63,794 nucleotides of DNA from Gekko japonicus (Eukaryota): the NCBI RefSeq assembly GCF_001447785.1, contig NW_015172595.1:251036-314829 (forward strand). The letters are read 5' to 3'. The position numbers and the translations under genes are program-made. The notes under the pieces are model-generated. The model was not told where the DNA came from and did no database searches. It saw only the letters and a program-made list of their open reading frames with translations. This document shows, in pieces, positions 1 through 12,210 of the stretch; within the stretch, counting starts at the first letter, position 1; every line of letters begins with the position of its first letter.

Positions 1-410
1 TACAGCTAGAATACTACTAGCTAAATACTGGAAACAGGAGTCCCTTCCCTTAAGAGAGGAATTAGTGTATAAATTATTAGAGACAGCGGAACTTGATAAA
101 TTAAGCATCATGCTTCAAGGAAAAGAATTTTTGATAATATTTATATTGACTACAGCTAGAATACTACTAGCTAAATACTGGAAACAGGAGTCCCTTCCCT
201 CAAGAGAGGAATTAGTGTATAAATTATTAGAGACAGCGGAACTTGATAAATTAAGCATCATGCTTCAAGGAAAAGATGAAAAAAATTGTTGAAAGGTGGA
301 AGTGTTTATATAGATGGATAAATAATCAGTAGATGTTATAGAATCAAAAGCATATAGATTTGTCTGTATATACTTTGTATGTATTTAGAAAACCGAAAAT
401 AAAACTTGGG
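1..410 (+). mobile_element. L1-type LINE, 3' end of ORF2 and 3' UTR (contains a 150-bp tandem duplication)
   Basis: Peptide ILTTARILLAKYWKQESLPSREELVYKLLETAELDK resembles the C-terminal tail of vertebrate L1/Tx1 ORF2. It is followed by an AT-rich UTR with AATAAA near 398. Confidence 0.7.
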
Positions 411-679
411 GGGGGAAGAAAGTTAATTTGCCTATAGTGCCATTTCACAAGAGTTTATAAAACAGGACAGCTCCTGTATTTCCCTCAAGTTCCTGTACTG
501 GGTCTAAAGTCTAAACAAATATCTGTGATAGTGGGACAATTTAAGCTTTATCAAACGACACAGATGTTGAAGGTACGCGGCGACGCCGGTACAAATGGCC
601 ACTTAAAACCATAGCTCCGCGATCCCCCCCCACTCCTTCTAAATCTCTCTCAGCACACAGCAGCTAAATAACCCAAATA

Positions 680-1108
680 ATGGGCAAAAACGATGGTATA
701 ACCACACAGAAAAGCACACCTAAATCCGGACATAGATGGTCCACTGTGAAAGATAGCAAACTTGAAATCAAAACAACGGATGGTGAGACAGATAAGATGA
801 TGGGCAGGAGTAACCAGGTACAACTGTCAAACCTAACCTTTAACATACAAGACCTGCCCGCTTTACTAGAACAGATGGAAATAAGAATTGGGGATAAAAT
901 TCAAACAACAATAATTCCGATCAAAGAACAACTTCAAGAAATTCAAACTACCTTAAAAGTTACTGCTCAAATGACTGACACAGCACTGAGAATTAGTACA
1001 GTAGCCAAAACTGAAATAAGGGACCTGAGAAAATTCAAGTCGCTAAGTAAAGATGGCTTTATTATGCAACACTCTATAAGACTCGAATACCTAAAGAAGG
1101 GGAGATAG
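680..1108 (+). pseudogene. L1 ORF1 N-terminal/coiled-coil fragment
   Basis: 142-aa ORF directly after the 5' UTR with heptad-like content (LLEQMEIRIGDKIQTTIIPIKEQLQEIQ). No RRM or C-terminal domain is visible. Confidence 0.6.
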
Positions 1109-3606
1109 GACAATATCTGGACATCATGTAGATATGATGGATGGGCAAATTACTCCTATGGAATTGGAAAAAACAATAAAACACCTCAAAAATAATAAAG
1201 CCACTGGCCCAGATAGGTTTCCATCAGAATTCTATGAAGTTTTTCAACAACCTTTGTTTGATCATTTCCTCAACACCTGTAACAAAGTTCTACTGCAAGG
1301 AGTCATGCCTAATACATGGTCGGAATCAACCATAACAGTGATACATAAAGAGAACAAGGATCCAACTATCCCCACCTCATACAGACCTATTGCGCTTCTC
1401 AATCATGATAATAAAATATTTACAACTATTATGGTCAATAGACTGAAAACCTTTATTTTAAAATATATTAACCCTGACCAGACAGGTTTCATACCGGCCC
1501 GACAGATTACAGACAACATCCGCAGGACTTTAGATATCATTATCTACAGGGGGAAAAATCAGGAAGAAGCATTAATTCTTGCACTAGATTTTGAAAAAGC
1601 GTTTGATTCTGTGGAAACTCCCTACATTATATCCCTCTTTTAAAAACTTGGTTTTGGCAGTAATTTTTTAAGGGTTATACAATCCATATATTCAAATAAC
1701 ACAGCCAAGATAATGGACTTAGTTCTACCTCATTCAACCTCACAAGAGGAACAAGACAGGGTTGTCTGTTATCACCACTGATTTTTGCTCTCGTAATAGA
1801 ACCATTAGCAGAAAAACTTCGCCAAACTGAGAGATTTACTGGAATACCCATTAATGGGCTCGAACATAAAACAAATTTGTATGCGGACAATCTCACATTA
1901 TACATCTCCAACCCGCTTAGTTGCTTTACAAAACTTTGGTGCGATCTCAGGTCCACAAATCAACCATAGCAGATCTGAAGTATACCCTATTTACATCAAG
2001 CAAGCGATGGCGGAGTCGCTTCACAAACTTTGCCCCTTCAACTGGATTCAGGAAACCTGGAGACATCTAGGTGTCATGATACCGATCAACTTAAAAGACA
2101 TGTCCAAATCTAATTACAACGCTCTACATCTAAGAAATAAGGCTGATTTCAATAACTGGAATTATCTTAAGCTGACCTTACCGGATAGACTGCATCTATT
2201 TAAAAGTTTTATATTCCCAAAATTCCTCTTCCTCTTCCAAGTGCTGCCGATTTTCATCACAAAAAAAGATATATAAAGTTGGCAAAAATCCTTGACAAGC
2301 TTCTTATGGGAGGGGAAAAATCGAGAATAAATAGTAATATATTGCATAGACCCGCTAAACTAGAAGGCCTAGATATTCCTTTGTTACAAGCTTATCATCA
2401 AGCTGCAATACTATCTCAATTGATCCAAATGCAATACAAGGATGATCAAAAGCAATGGAGACAAATCGAACTTTTATACACAGCTCCTTACGATCTTCAA
2501 GGAATTGCCTGGATTAAAACCAATTTTAGACCAAGATCAATCAAAGAAAATATTTTATTAGCAACAGCAATCACAACATGGGATAAGAACAAGAATCTCC
2601 TCCCCAAGGGATCTCCCAATTGTTTGCATTTACTGGTCAAAGTTGGTTTCAGCCGGGTCTACTCCCACATTCTTTTGAAGACTGGAAGGATGCAGAATTT
2701 AGATGCCCTTATGACTTAATAGATAAAGGAACAATACGAGACAAGCAATACTTTGATCAGAAAATGGGTGAACAGACTCCATGGTTAAACAGACTCCATG
2801 GTTTATTTGCAGTTAAAGAACCTCATTGATCACCTCACAGAACTGGGTACGTTTCAAAGAGAGCTAACGAACATGGAAAAAATCATTAAACTCTACCCCA
2901 ACTTTCCAAAAGGCATTTTGTCTAAATTATATAATACAATCATCTTGGAGGGAAGCCATCTAAAACTCAAATATCAACATCGCTCGAAGAAGACCTGATG
3001 GTACAATGGAATGATGCAGATTGGGACACTATTTGGTCTTCACCAGCCAATAGCTCTAACATTTTCAATATTCAACTACATTTTTTCAAACTTTACTCTA
3101 GATGGTACATAACCCCCTCATCAATTACAGAAAATAGACTCAAATAACAATCCGCAATGTTGGAAGGCTGTGGGCAGGTCAGCACTTATCTACATTGTTG
3201 GTGGGAGTGTCCAAGACTCGGCAAATTTTGGGAGGAGGTTCGGAAATAGATCGATTATATAACCTCGCATAATCTTAATTTAAAACCTGAGATTCTCTTA
3301 TTAAACCACTGGGATACCATCATAGACCATAGAAATAAGGAAACAATCTCTTTACTCCTTGCAACAGCTCGCCTGACAATAGCTTTGTGTTGGAAATCCC
3401 CATTGTAACCATTGTTATCCGCCTGGCATGAAAAATTGTGGGAACAATTTGTGATGGCAAAAATCACAGATAAAGTACATAGAGCACAAACATCCCAGAC
3501 ATCCAATTCCAAATTCAAATCAATCTGGTTTCCAATATTTTCATATCTCACGACACATGATATACTACGTGCAAATTCACAATATTATAAATGGTTAACG
3601 TTGTGA
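1100..3606 (+). pseudogene. L1 ORF2 reverse transcriptase and C-terminal region, frameshifted
   Basis: Motifs [47 protein letters not shown] and a C-terminal HCWWECP-like segment, spread over several frames with stop codons. Confidence 0.92.
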
Positions 3607-3678
3607 AACATTACTATGAAAATTTGTTTGGAAAAGACAGTATACGTAATCCTTACTTCTCTAAATCTGCAGAACAAT

Positions 3679-4290
3679 CCTCCTGCCCAGTTAACAGTTC
3701 AGGCTTCAGCTGGTCGCCCGGGTAGGGGGCCAAGTAGGAATTTTTCACCTCTTCCCAGATTGGCCTAGGGAGGGGGTGTTTTTGCCTACTTTGAACTGTA
3801 GCTGTAGCAAGGGTTTTTTATAGGGTGGGGTTGAGTTTAAATAGGTGGTCACTTCTGCAGGCAGTTTGTTATTCTGAGCAGATGGCGGCATGGTGAGCAC
3901 TGGCTTATAACCCGTTTGGGAATTAGGGGTCTAGTCGGTACAGTCTTTGGGCTCTGCGGCCCGGGGCGGGGAAAACAGACCGCCTAAGGGTTTGCTTGGG
4001 ATTAGCCTTCCTTTGAGCCTTGCGGCTCGGGGGTGGTTTTTTCCCTGGCAACTACCCTAGCCGTGCTGGCCGGAGGCAAGGCATTCCATTTGCCTTGCTT
4101 ATGGAACTGGGTGCTCGCCCTAGATCATTATGGCGAGGGAAGGGTCTTTTGACCCCTAGCCTCGCCATGCCCCATTCTGCATATCCTTTTTCAGGATGTG
4201 CCATTATGCTTGTTATGCTGGTTGTGTTAATAAAGTGGCCCGTTAGTACCCAGTATTGTTGTCTGACTCGTCATTCCGGCTAGGGGGGCA
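3679..4290 (+). mobile_element. 612-bp insert resembling the terminal region of a DIRS/Ngaro-like (tyrosine recombinase) retroelement
   Basis: GC/CpG-rich block unrelated to L1. It ends in AATAAAGTGGCC...TGTCTGACTCGTCATTCCGGCTAGGGGGGCA, similar to ends of vertebrate DIRS-like elements as I recall them. Bounded by a 207-bp direct repeat. Confidence 0.45.
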
Positions 4291-6491
4291 AAAGTACATA
4301 GAGCACAAACATCCCAGACATCCAATTCCAAATTTGAATCAATCTGGTTTCCAATATTTTCATATCTCATGACACATGATATCCTACCTGCAAACTCACA
4401 TTATCATAAATGGTTAACGTTGTGAAACATTATGGTAAAAATTGGTTGGGAAAAGACAGTATAAGTAATCCTCACTTCTCTAAATCTGCAGAACAATGAC
4501 CTTAAGTATAATAGAAGATCTTTCTGTTGAAAGGTTAAGTTTTACAATAATTTTGATTTAGTTTTCAAGTTTTAATGAGGTGCACTGTTATGTTAATGTA
4601 TCTTTGTTATTGGCAATAGATTGTTACTACTTGTTTTGAAAAAATAAAATAAATAATAAAAAAGCTTATCAAACAAAGAAGAAATACATGCTACTGGGGG
4701 GCAACTCAGTCACTGAGGGAAACGAAAATATTTTTGGTGGGGAAATTTTGCCTGGGTGTTGGGAAAGAGACAGGGGTTTGTCATAGCAGGTCTTGCCTTC
4801 ACATCTCCAGGCCATTTGACACACTGAGGCCTTGCTCTCTTACTGGGATGTTGCTACGTGGAGCCACGTTGGCAGCTGCTTTTGTTGCCTGGAGATGAGT
4901 GTAAGTTGTAAGAATACTGAGGCTGCCATAACAGCTTCTTCCTAACAAGGCTGAGCTGGGGTAAGTTGACCCTCAGGTTGCTACCTCCCCTGGAGAAAAA
5001 TGTTCTGTCTTTTCTTTTCTTTTTTCCAAACAGTTTTATTCTTTTTCAAAAGGAATACAGAATTCAACATTATAATACACAAATATAGGTTGCTTCACTT
5101 AGAGAAGAAGAAAAAAAGAATACTATAAGATTTCTATCTCATAACAAATGTTCTGTCTTTTCAATAGAGGTTTGATGTGTGGAAATGGTCTCTCTGTCTT
5201 GAGAGTTGCCAACACATCTAATATGTGGTAATGGACAGTTGAAGCTTGTAAAGGCATGGAGGTAAATAATAACATCACCTGGTACATGGCATCACATTAA
5301 GCCTCTGGTTTTTCTGTAGGACATTTTCTTCAGGCCAGTTGGTATCCATATTTGATCCCTGGGTGTTATTGCTGTGCAGTGGAACCAGTATTTCTGTGTT
5401 GTTTTCCATGGTAGCAGAAGCAAAAACCACTACCACACCACTTCCCAAAACATAGGACCAATCCCAAGGAGCTTACAGCCCTCCCCAAGCACCACCCCCA
5501 AATCTCCAGGAGTTTCCCAAGCCAGAGTTGGCAGCCCTGTGTAGGGTTGGTGACAGAGACACATACCCACACCCACCAGCTCTGGCTTTGACTTTAACAG
5601 CAGCCAGTCTACAGAAAGCCTAGGAACAATCATTTCCCTGGCTAATAACTTCTGCTAATGAAGTTATTGCTAAGGACAGCTGCCTCTAAAAACAAAGGCA
5701 GTCCTAGTTGGATGTGAACAAATGCAGTTATATGTACTGAGGACACTTTTTAAATGACATACTTTAAAGTCTTGAAGAGGGGGTAAAACTCCACTTCTAA
5801 GAAACATGGAGCTTTCCCTCTAGAATCCCTAGGTAGGTGTTACCACTAATTAGTGATGGTGCTAAAGTAATGCTCAGGATTTAAAGAACAGTGGCAGGGT
5901 CTGAATTTCACACTTTCACAATGACTGCTGCTGAAAATGAAGAGGTTTACCTTGAATGTCCCATGCTGGCAATAGAAGGTGGTGGTCGTTTTTCAGAAGA
6001 TTGTCGAAGAGGATTGTGAAAATTTTATTATCTGGGGCTGTGGAAGAGCCTGAAAAGCCATCAGATTTAAAAGCTGAGGAGGGATGTAGACTTGGGCAGT
6101 AAATGCATTCTCCTGAAGAAATACTGTACATGATGCAGGCTTTGTGACTAAAATCTCTTGGGGTGTTTTTAAAGAAGGAAGAGCAGATAAGGATGTGTTG
6201 GTCTATGAGGTAAATATCAGTTCCATGAGCACCCACAGCAATTTGCATTGGGAACATGCCATAGAGAAAAACGTTTACCCCCTCCCCCTTGTTCTAATCA
6301 ATGTCCCCTGACTGAATTATTTGCTAAGAAAATGTATATGCTGCTTCTGCAGAGGCAGCTAATTAAAGTAAAAATGATACAATAAAATCATAAAGAACGA
6401 CAGCATCAGAATGATTAATAATAAAATGAGCTCTAAAAAAAGCAAAGGACATAAAAACAGCATAAATGACAATAAAACGTTCACCAACCAA

Positions 6492-7339
6492 AGAAGAGAT
6501 TGGATTCATACCCCGCCCTTCACTACCCAAAGGTGTCTCAGAGCGGCTTACAAACTCCTTTCCCTTCCCCTCCCCACAACAGACACCCTGTGAGGTAGGT
6601 GGGGCTGAGAGAGCACTGACAGAAACTGTTCTTTTTCAAGAACAGCTGTGCCAGAATTATTTTATTTATTTTTATTTATTTATTTATCTTTCAACTTTCT
6701 ACCCCGCTCAAACCCCCTAGGGGGTCTCTGAGCGGCTACAGTTAATTAATTATCCTTAACCTATGGCCACAGATACTGGGGGTGGGGACAACCCTACCGG
6801 CACCCAGTGGAGGGACTGGTAGATCTTTCTTCCCAGGTCAGCTTGTCAGCTCGGCGTCTTGGCTTCTGGCTCCTCCCCTTCCGGTGGTCTTTCGGCGGTG
6901 GATCAGCAGGGCCCTTCCGTCGTGTGGCATGCTCCGGCGCGGCTTCGGCTCAGTCCTCCAGGCTCCACCACGCCTGCGCCTTCCATGCTCCCCACGTCTT
7001 CCTGGCTCCGCCTTTCCACCGACGTCTGTTCCACCGTAGATGTTGTGCCTGGTCGCCATCTTTTGCCGCTCGCCGCTTGCCGTTCACTGTTCTCCGATGC
7101 TCCAACAACCCCCTCGGGGGAGGGTGCCCCCTACCATCTAAGGTAGGTACCCATTTATCTACTCGCGGATTGATGTTAATTGTCGCTTTCGAACCACTGG
7201 GTTAGTGGGAGCTGGGACAAGGGCCAGGTGCTCACTCTTGCCCAAGGTCATCCAGCCAGGTGTAAGTGGAGGAGTGGGGAATCAAGCCTGGTTCTCCCAG
7301 ATTAGAGTCCACGCACTTAACCACTACACCAAATTGGCT
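6492..7339 (-). mobile_element. Squam3-like (Ther1/MIR-derived) tRNA SINE, split by a nested SINE at 6657-7238
   Basis: Segments 6492-6656 and 7237-7339 join into the same consensus as the intact copies at 16062, 21358, 42002 and 52811. Confidence 0.85.
6657..7238 (-). mobile_element. 5'-truncated chimeric SINE (Sauria-type head, variable GC-rich core, L2-type tail), copy 1
   Basis: The minus strand carries GTGAGCACC..CCCAGCTCCC..GGTTCGAAAGC..GTAGATAAATGGGTACC, a CCGCTC...GAGCGG 3' hairpin and a (TAAA)n tail. Confidence 0.8.
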
Positions 7340-7540
7340 CTCTCTAGTAGTACCAGAAGGAAGATATTATTCATAAGAGTCCTCAGACTAGAAGCAGATA
7401 AAAATACAAAAAAGTTGGATGCACTCAGTTAAAAGTACATTTTAATGTTTTACCCTGATGTCAAGAGGTAGACCTGGCAAGCCTCAAGGGGATGGGCATT
7501 CCAAAGGCTAGGTGCCACCACTGAAAAAGCCTAGTGTCTC

Positions 7541-7732
7541 ATTGGCCACTTCTGCACTGCCATTTTTGTCACTCATTTGTCTCTATTGCTTCATAGTCGT
7601 CCACCCCCCCCCAATGTGCTTTGCTCTCTCTAGTAGTACCAGAAGGAACAAAACACATGTGGAAAAGGGGGAGGGGACCCAAAGCAATAGGGACAAATGA
7701 GTGACAAAAATGACAGTGCAGAAGTGGCCTAT
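7541..7732. repeat. 51-bp inverted repeat, probably internal to a non-autonomous DNA transposon
   Basis: 7541-7591 and 7682-7732 are reverse complements with 3 mismatches. Confidence 0.85.
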
Positions 7733-8416
7733 TGTCACCCACCACAATTAATGGGTGTGCGCTGAAAAAAAATGCATTATTTTGAATCTAGGCTTTTTTT
7801 CTTTTATTTTGGGGAGGGGTTTGTACTATAATTGCTTATTTGGGGGTAAGACATTACTGGTTCAGATTCAAACCTGTGTGGTTTTTTCTGGTTATGGAGC
7901 TCAGGACCATAATTTTAAGCAGATATTCTATATGAAGGTCTGGGGCAGCTTTCGCAAAGTGAAAGTCACCTCCTTTGCAGACCCTTCCTTCCTTTCTCCC
8001 ATCAGTCTGCCCATTATTCCCTATGGGGGACATTTTTGGAGAGCTGAAGTGGCTGTTTTTCAACTGAATAACACCAAAATTACAGTGGAGTGAGTGTTGT
8101 CTGTCCACTAAAGAACCACCAAGTTTCAAGAGAATTGGACCAAAGGGTTGAGTTCTGTGTGCCCCTGGACAAGTTGCCCCCAGCTCTCTATTTTCCCAGC
8201 CATAGTACTTGCAAAGAACAATAGTGGCAGAGGAACTGAGCAGCGCAGTGGAGAACAGCCTCTGCAGCAGCCAGAGGGAAGTGCAAGTGTCAGAAGATCC
8301 ATGCTGAGACCTTAGAGTTGTGTATTAAGTTTCTCCTGTAGAATCTTAACCTGGCTGCACATCCGAGAGAACCCAAAGCCCAGGCTAGCCCAGTCTCTTC
8401 AGATCTCGGCTGCTAA

Positions 8417-9198
8417 TAGGCCCATAGCCACGGTGGGGCATTTGGGGGTAGAGCCCCACCCTGGGAAGATGCCAGACCAACCCCAGACCCCCCACCCCAC
8501 CTCCACTGCACTGTGCTCCTTACCCCTGCCCCTCTGCAGCCTCCCCGGTTCTTCCAGGGAAGCGCCCTGCTGCTTCTGGTCAGTTTCACTCCCCTCCAAT
8601 CTGTTGTCAGGAGGAGTGAAACTGACCAGAAGTGGCAGGGTGGCTTCCCTTTCCTTCCCCAGCCTCCCTGCCCCCACGGGGTGGGTCAGGGTGTGGGGAA
8701 AGAAGAGAGAGAAAGAGAAAGCATTCCTTCTCTCGCACTGTTTTCTTCCCCAGCCCCCCACAGCAATGCTCCCTTCAAGCTGTGGAGTCTTGTGAGCAAA
8801 AATTCTACTTTGTGAGCCACTGGCATTAAAGTTGTGAGTGAGCAATTTGTGAGCCACTGCATAAATTAGTTTGCTCTGGAGCCATCCTTCCTGAGCTAAG
8901 ACAAAGATGTGTGAGCCGGAGACTAAAAAACTGTGAGCTAGCTCACACTAACTCAGCTTAGAGGGAACACTGCCCCACAGTGGTGGGGAGACTGGGGAAG
9001 GAAAGACAAGCCACCTAAGGGGATGGAGGGGAGTGAAACTGACCAGAAGCAGCAGGGTGGCTTGGGAAGGGAAGGTCCCTAAGTGACCTTTCTGGGGAAC
9101 TAATGTAATCAAATCAGTAACTTAATTAAGTTCCCTGCTCCCCTGCCCCAGCACCCAGGGCCCTGCCCCACCAACCAAAATTTTCTGGCTCAGGCCTG
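8417..9198. mobile_element. Non-autonomous hAT transposon
   Basis: Imperfect terminal inverted repeats (TIRs) TAGGCCCATAGCCA / TGGCTCAGGCCTG. Degenerate 8-bp TSD GCTGCTAA / GCTGTCAA. Confidence 0.7.
8764..8972. mobile_element. ~210-bp hAT MITE family A, copy 1
   Basis: TIRs CAATGCTCCCT / AGGGAACACTG and perfect 8-bp TSD CCCCACAG. Homologous to the copies at 32467 and 41044. Confidence 0.92.
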
Positions 9199-9780
9199 GC
9201 TGTCAAGAAGAGTCAGTTCTGGTCAGTATTTGGATGGGAGAGCACCAAGGAATCCCAGGGTCAATATGCAGAGGCCAGCAATGGCAAACCACCTGTTAGT
9301 TCTTGCCCTTGAAAGCCAACAGGGTCACCACAAGTGGACTGTGACTTTGGATGTTTGTTTATGTTTGGAGGCCTACATTAAATGGCCTTGGTGGCCCTTG
9401 TAAAGGCAGAATGCAGAAAAGTGGGATATAAATGTTGTAAATAAATAAATCCCAGCAATCCTCTCTTTGAGGTCTACTTCTCACTGGGATGGTAGTCCTG
9501 TGTCTGGGCTGTACATTCTCAAATATTTGGNNNNNNNNNNNNNNNNNNNNNNNNNNNNNNNNNNNNNNNNNNNNNNNNNNNNNNNNNNNNNNNNNNNNNN
9601 NNNNNNNNNNNNNNNNNNNNNNNNNNNNNNNNNNNNNNNNNNNNNNNNNNNNNNNNNNNNNNNNNNNNNNNNNNNNNTATCATGTAAACGATAATAGTTT
9701 TATATGTGCAGGAATTTTGTCCCACCTATAGTCTGAAATGGTATAGTCCAGACCAGGGATAGACAACCTTTCCTGTTATG

Positions 9781-12210
9781 AGAACATAAGAAGAGCTCTG
9801 CTGGATTAAACCAATGGGCTATCTAGTCCAGTATCCTGTGGCCCCTAGTTACTCTGGAGGGCCAATGACAAGGCATAGAGGCCAAGGCCTTTCCCTGATC
9901 TTGCCTTCTGGTACTGGTATTCAGAGGTTAACTGCTTCAGAATGTGGAGGTTCCTTTTAGTCTCCATGGCTAGAAGTTGCTGATAGATTTATCCTCCGTT
10001 AATCTGTCTAATCCCCTTCTAAAACTCTTTAGGCCTATTGCCACCACTGCATCCTCTGGCAAAAAATACACATTTTAATCACTGCTTGTGTAAGAAAGTA
10101 TTTCATTTTCTCTATCCTGATTCTGCTGCCCATCAGCCTTACTGGATGCCCTCAACTTCTAGTACTTTGGGGAAAGCACAAAACATTCTCTCTACCCTAT
10201 GCATAATTTTATAAACCTCTAAGGAGACCCTGGTTATCTCTTTTTTAAATTGAAAAGTCCCAGGTTCTTCAGCCTTTCCTCATAGGAAGGGTGCTCCAAT
10301 CCCTTGGTCATCTTGGTTACCCTCTTCTGTACTTTTTCCAGCTCTGCAATATCCATTGTGAGATACAGTGATCAAAACTGCAACTAGTATTCCAAATGAG
10401 GCCATGCCATAGGTCTATATTATAATATTGCCTGCTTCATTTTCAGTCCTTTTTCTAAAAATCCCCAGGATAGAGTTTGCGTTTTTCTCTGCTTTGGCAT
10501 AATGGATTGGCATTTTCATTGAACTATTCACTACAACCCCAAAGTCACTTTCCTTTCAGTCTTAGCAAATTCTGACCCTATTAGCATATACCTAAAGTTG
10601 TGCACCACCTTACACTTGCCTACAATGAACTTCATTTGTCACATTGTTGCCCACTCACTCAATTTGTGTAGATCCTCCTGGAACTTTTCAGTTATCCTTG
10701 GTTTTCATCATGCTAAATAATTTTGTGTCATCTGCAGACTTAGCCAATACACTGCAGTGCTTACCCCCAGTTTCTGATCATTTATGAACAAATTGTATAG
10801 CACCAGCCCCAATACTGATCCCTGTGGAATCCCACCGCTTACTTCCATTGAACAAACTGTCCATTTATTCCTACTCTCTGCTTCCTTTCATTTAACCAGT
10901 TTTAATCTATCAGAAGACCTGTCCTCTTATCCTGTGACTGCTAAGCTTACTCAGGAGTCTTTGGTGAGGTACCTCATCAAAAGCCTTTTGAAAATCTAAG
11001 TATATAATGTCTATCGAGTCACCTTTACCAATCTGTTTCTTCACCTCCTCACAAAACTCAAAAAGGTTAGTGAGGCAGTACTTCCCATTGCGCAAGCCAT
11101 GCTGATTTTCCCTTAGCAAGTTCTGTTCCTCTATGTGCCTAATAATTCTATCTTTGATTACAGTTTGAACTAATTTGCCTGGGAAAGACATTACGCTAAC
11201 TGGCCTGCAATTTCCTGGTTCCCCTCTAGACCCCCTTTAAAAAAACAGTATAACATTTGCTACTCTTCAGTCTTCTGGTACAGTGGCTGACTTTCATGAC
11301 AAGTTACATATACTGGGTAGTCAGTCGATCAACAGTCAGCCATTTGAGATCTCTAAGCATCATTGCAAGTATGCCATCAGTACCTGGACACTTATTAACT
11401 TGTAATTTTCACAATAGGTCTTCATCTCTCATCACCTCAATTTGACTCAATTCTTCAGACTCTCTCCCTAAAAATAGTGGTTGTGGCATGGCTTCATGCC
11501 CCATACATTCCATTGTGAACACATATGCAAAAAATTCATTGAGCTTCTCTGCCATGTCCCCATCTCCCTTTAGCCATCCCTTTGTTCCTTAGTCATCTAA
11601 AGGCCCAGCTGCTTCATTGTGGTTTTTTGCTCTGGATATTTAAAGAAATCCCTGTTGTTCATCCTGATGCTTTTAGCAATCTGCTCCTGAAATTTTATTT
11701 TCACATGCCTAATTATTAACTTACTTTTCTTTTGCCAAACCTTGTGCTCCTTTCTGTTCACTTTGTTGAGCAGACCTTTTTTTAAAAGCCTTTTTGTCTT
11801 TTATGGCTTCCTTTTAAACTTGCCAGTACCTTTCCTAATCTGGAGAACACATTACATGTGGGCTTCAGTTTCCATGGTTTTAAATAGCTTCCAAGCATCT
11901 TCTAGGGATTTTGTTTGCTTGAGTTTCCCTTTCAGCTTCCTTCTAACTAGACTCCTCATTTTTGTAAAGTTTCCTCTTTTGAAATAAAATGTTGCTGTTT
12001 TGGACGTTAGGGGTAATTTCTGTTGACATGAAAGCTGAAATTAACAGCTCTGGAGCCACTGCTCCCAATTGGTTGTAACAGCATCTACATGTCACACTAG
12101 GCTTTGAGCCCTGCTCAGAACCAAGTCCAAGATCACTACCCCACTGGTTGGCTCTTTGAGTAATGAAAAATATCCTGAACTACTACTCCTCTCCCATCAC
12201 GTTACCAAAT
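9781..12210 (-). mobile_element. Decayed CR1 LINE
   Basis: Minus-strand peptide PGKLVQTVIKDRI...NQHGL...YLDFQKAFDEVPHQRLL (CR1 RT). The CR1 3' end (CTTATGTTC) is at 9781-9790. Confidence 0.92.

Larger units (their letters stand above)
557..4661 (+). mobile_element. Internally deleted, decayed L1 LINE with 5' UTR, partial ORF1, RT and 3' end
   Basis: Flanked by a near-identical TSD, AAGCT(T)TATCAAAC (543-556 and 4662-4674). Has a CpG-containing 5' end, ORF1- and RT-like peptides and an A-rich tail. Confidence 0.9.
8377..9350 (+). mobile_element. 5S rRNA-derived SINE split by a hAT insertion
   Basis: 8377-8416 plus 9199-9350 match the intact copy at 52240-52430, including the 5S-like GGATGGGAGA(G)CACC. 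Confidence 0.75.

Noticed and set aside
5916-6257. 113-aa minus-strand ORF with plausible splice signals
   Set aside because: No recognisable domain and no partner exons found, so it cannot be supported as a CDS without a search.
9467-9731. ORFs spanning N-runs (also near 25642, 43903 and 63421)
   Set aside because: Their length is an artefact of assembly gaps.
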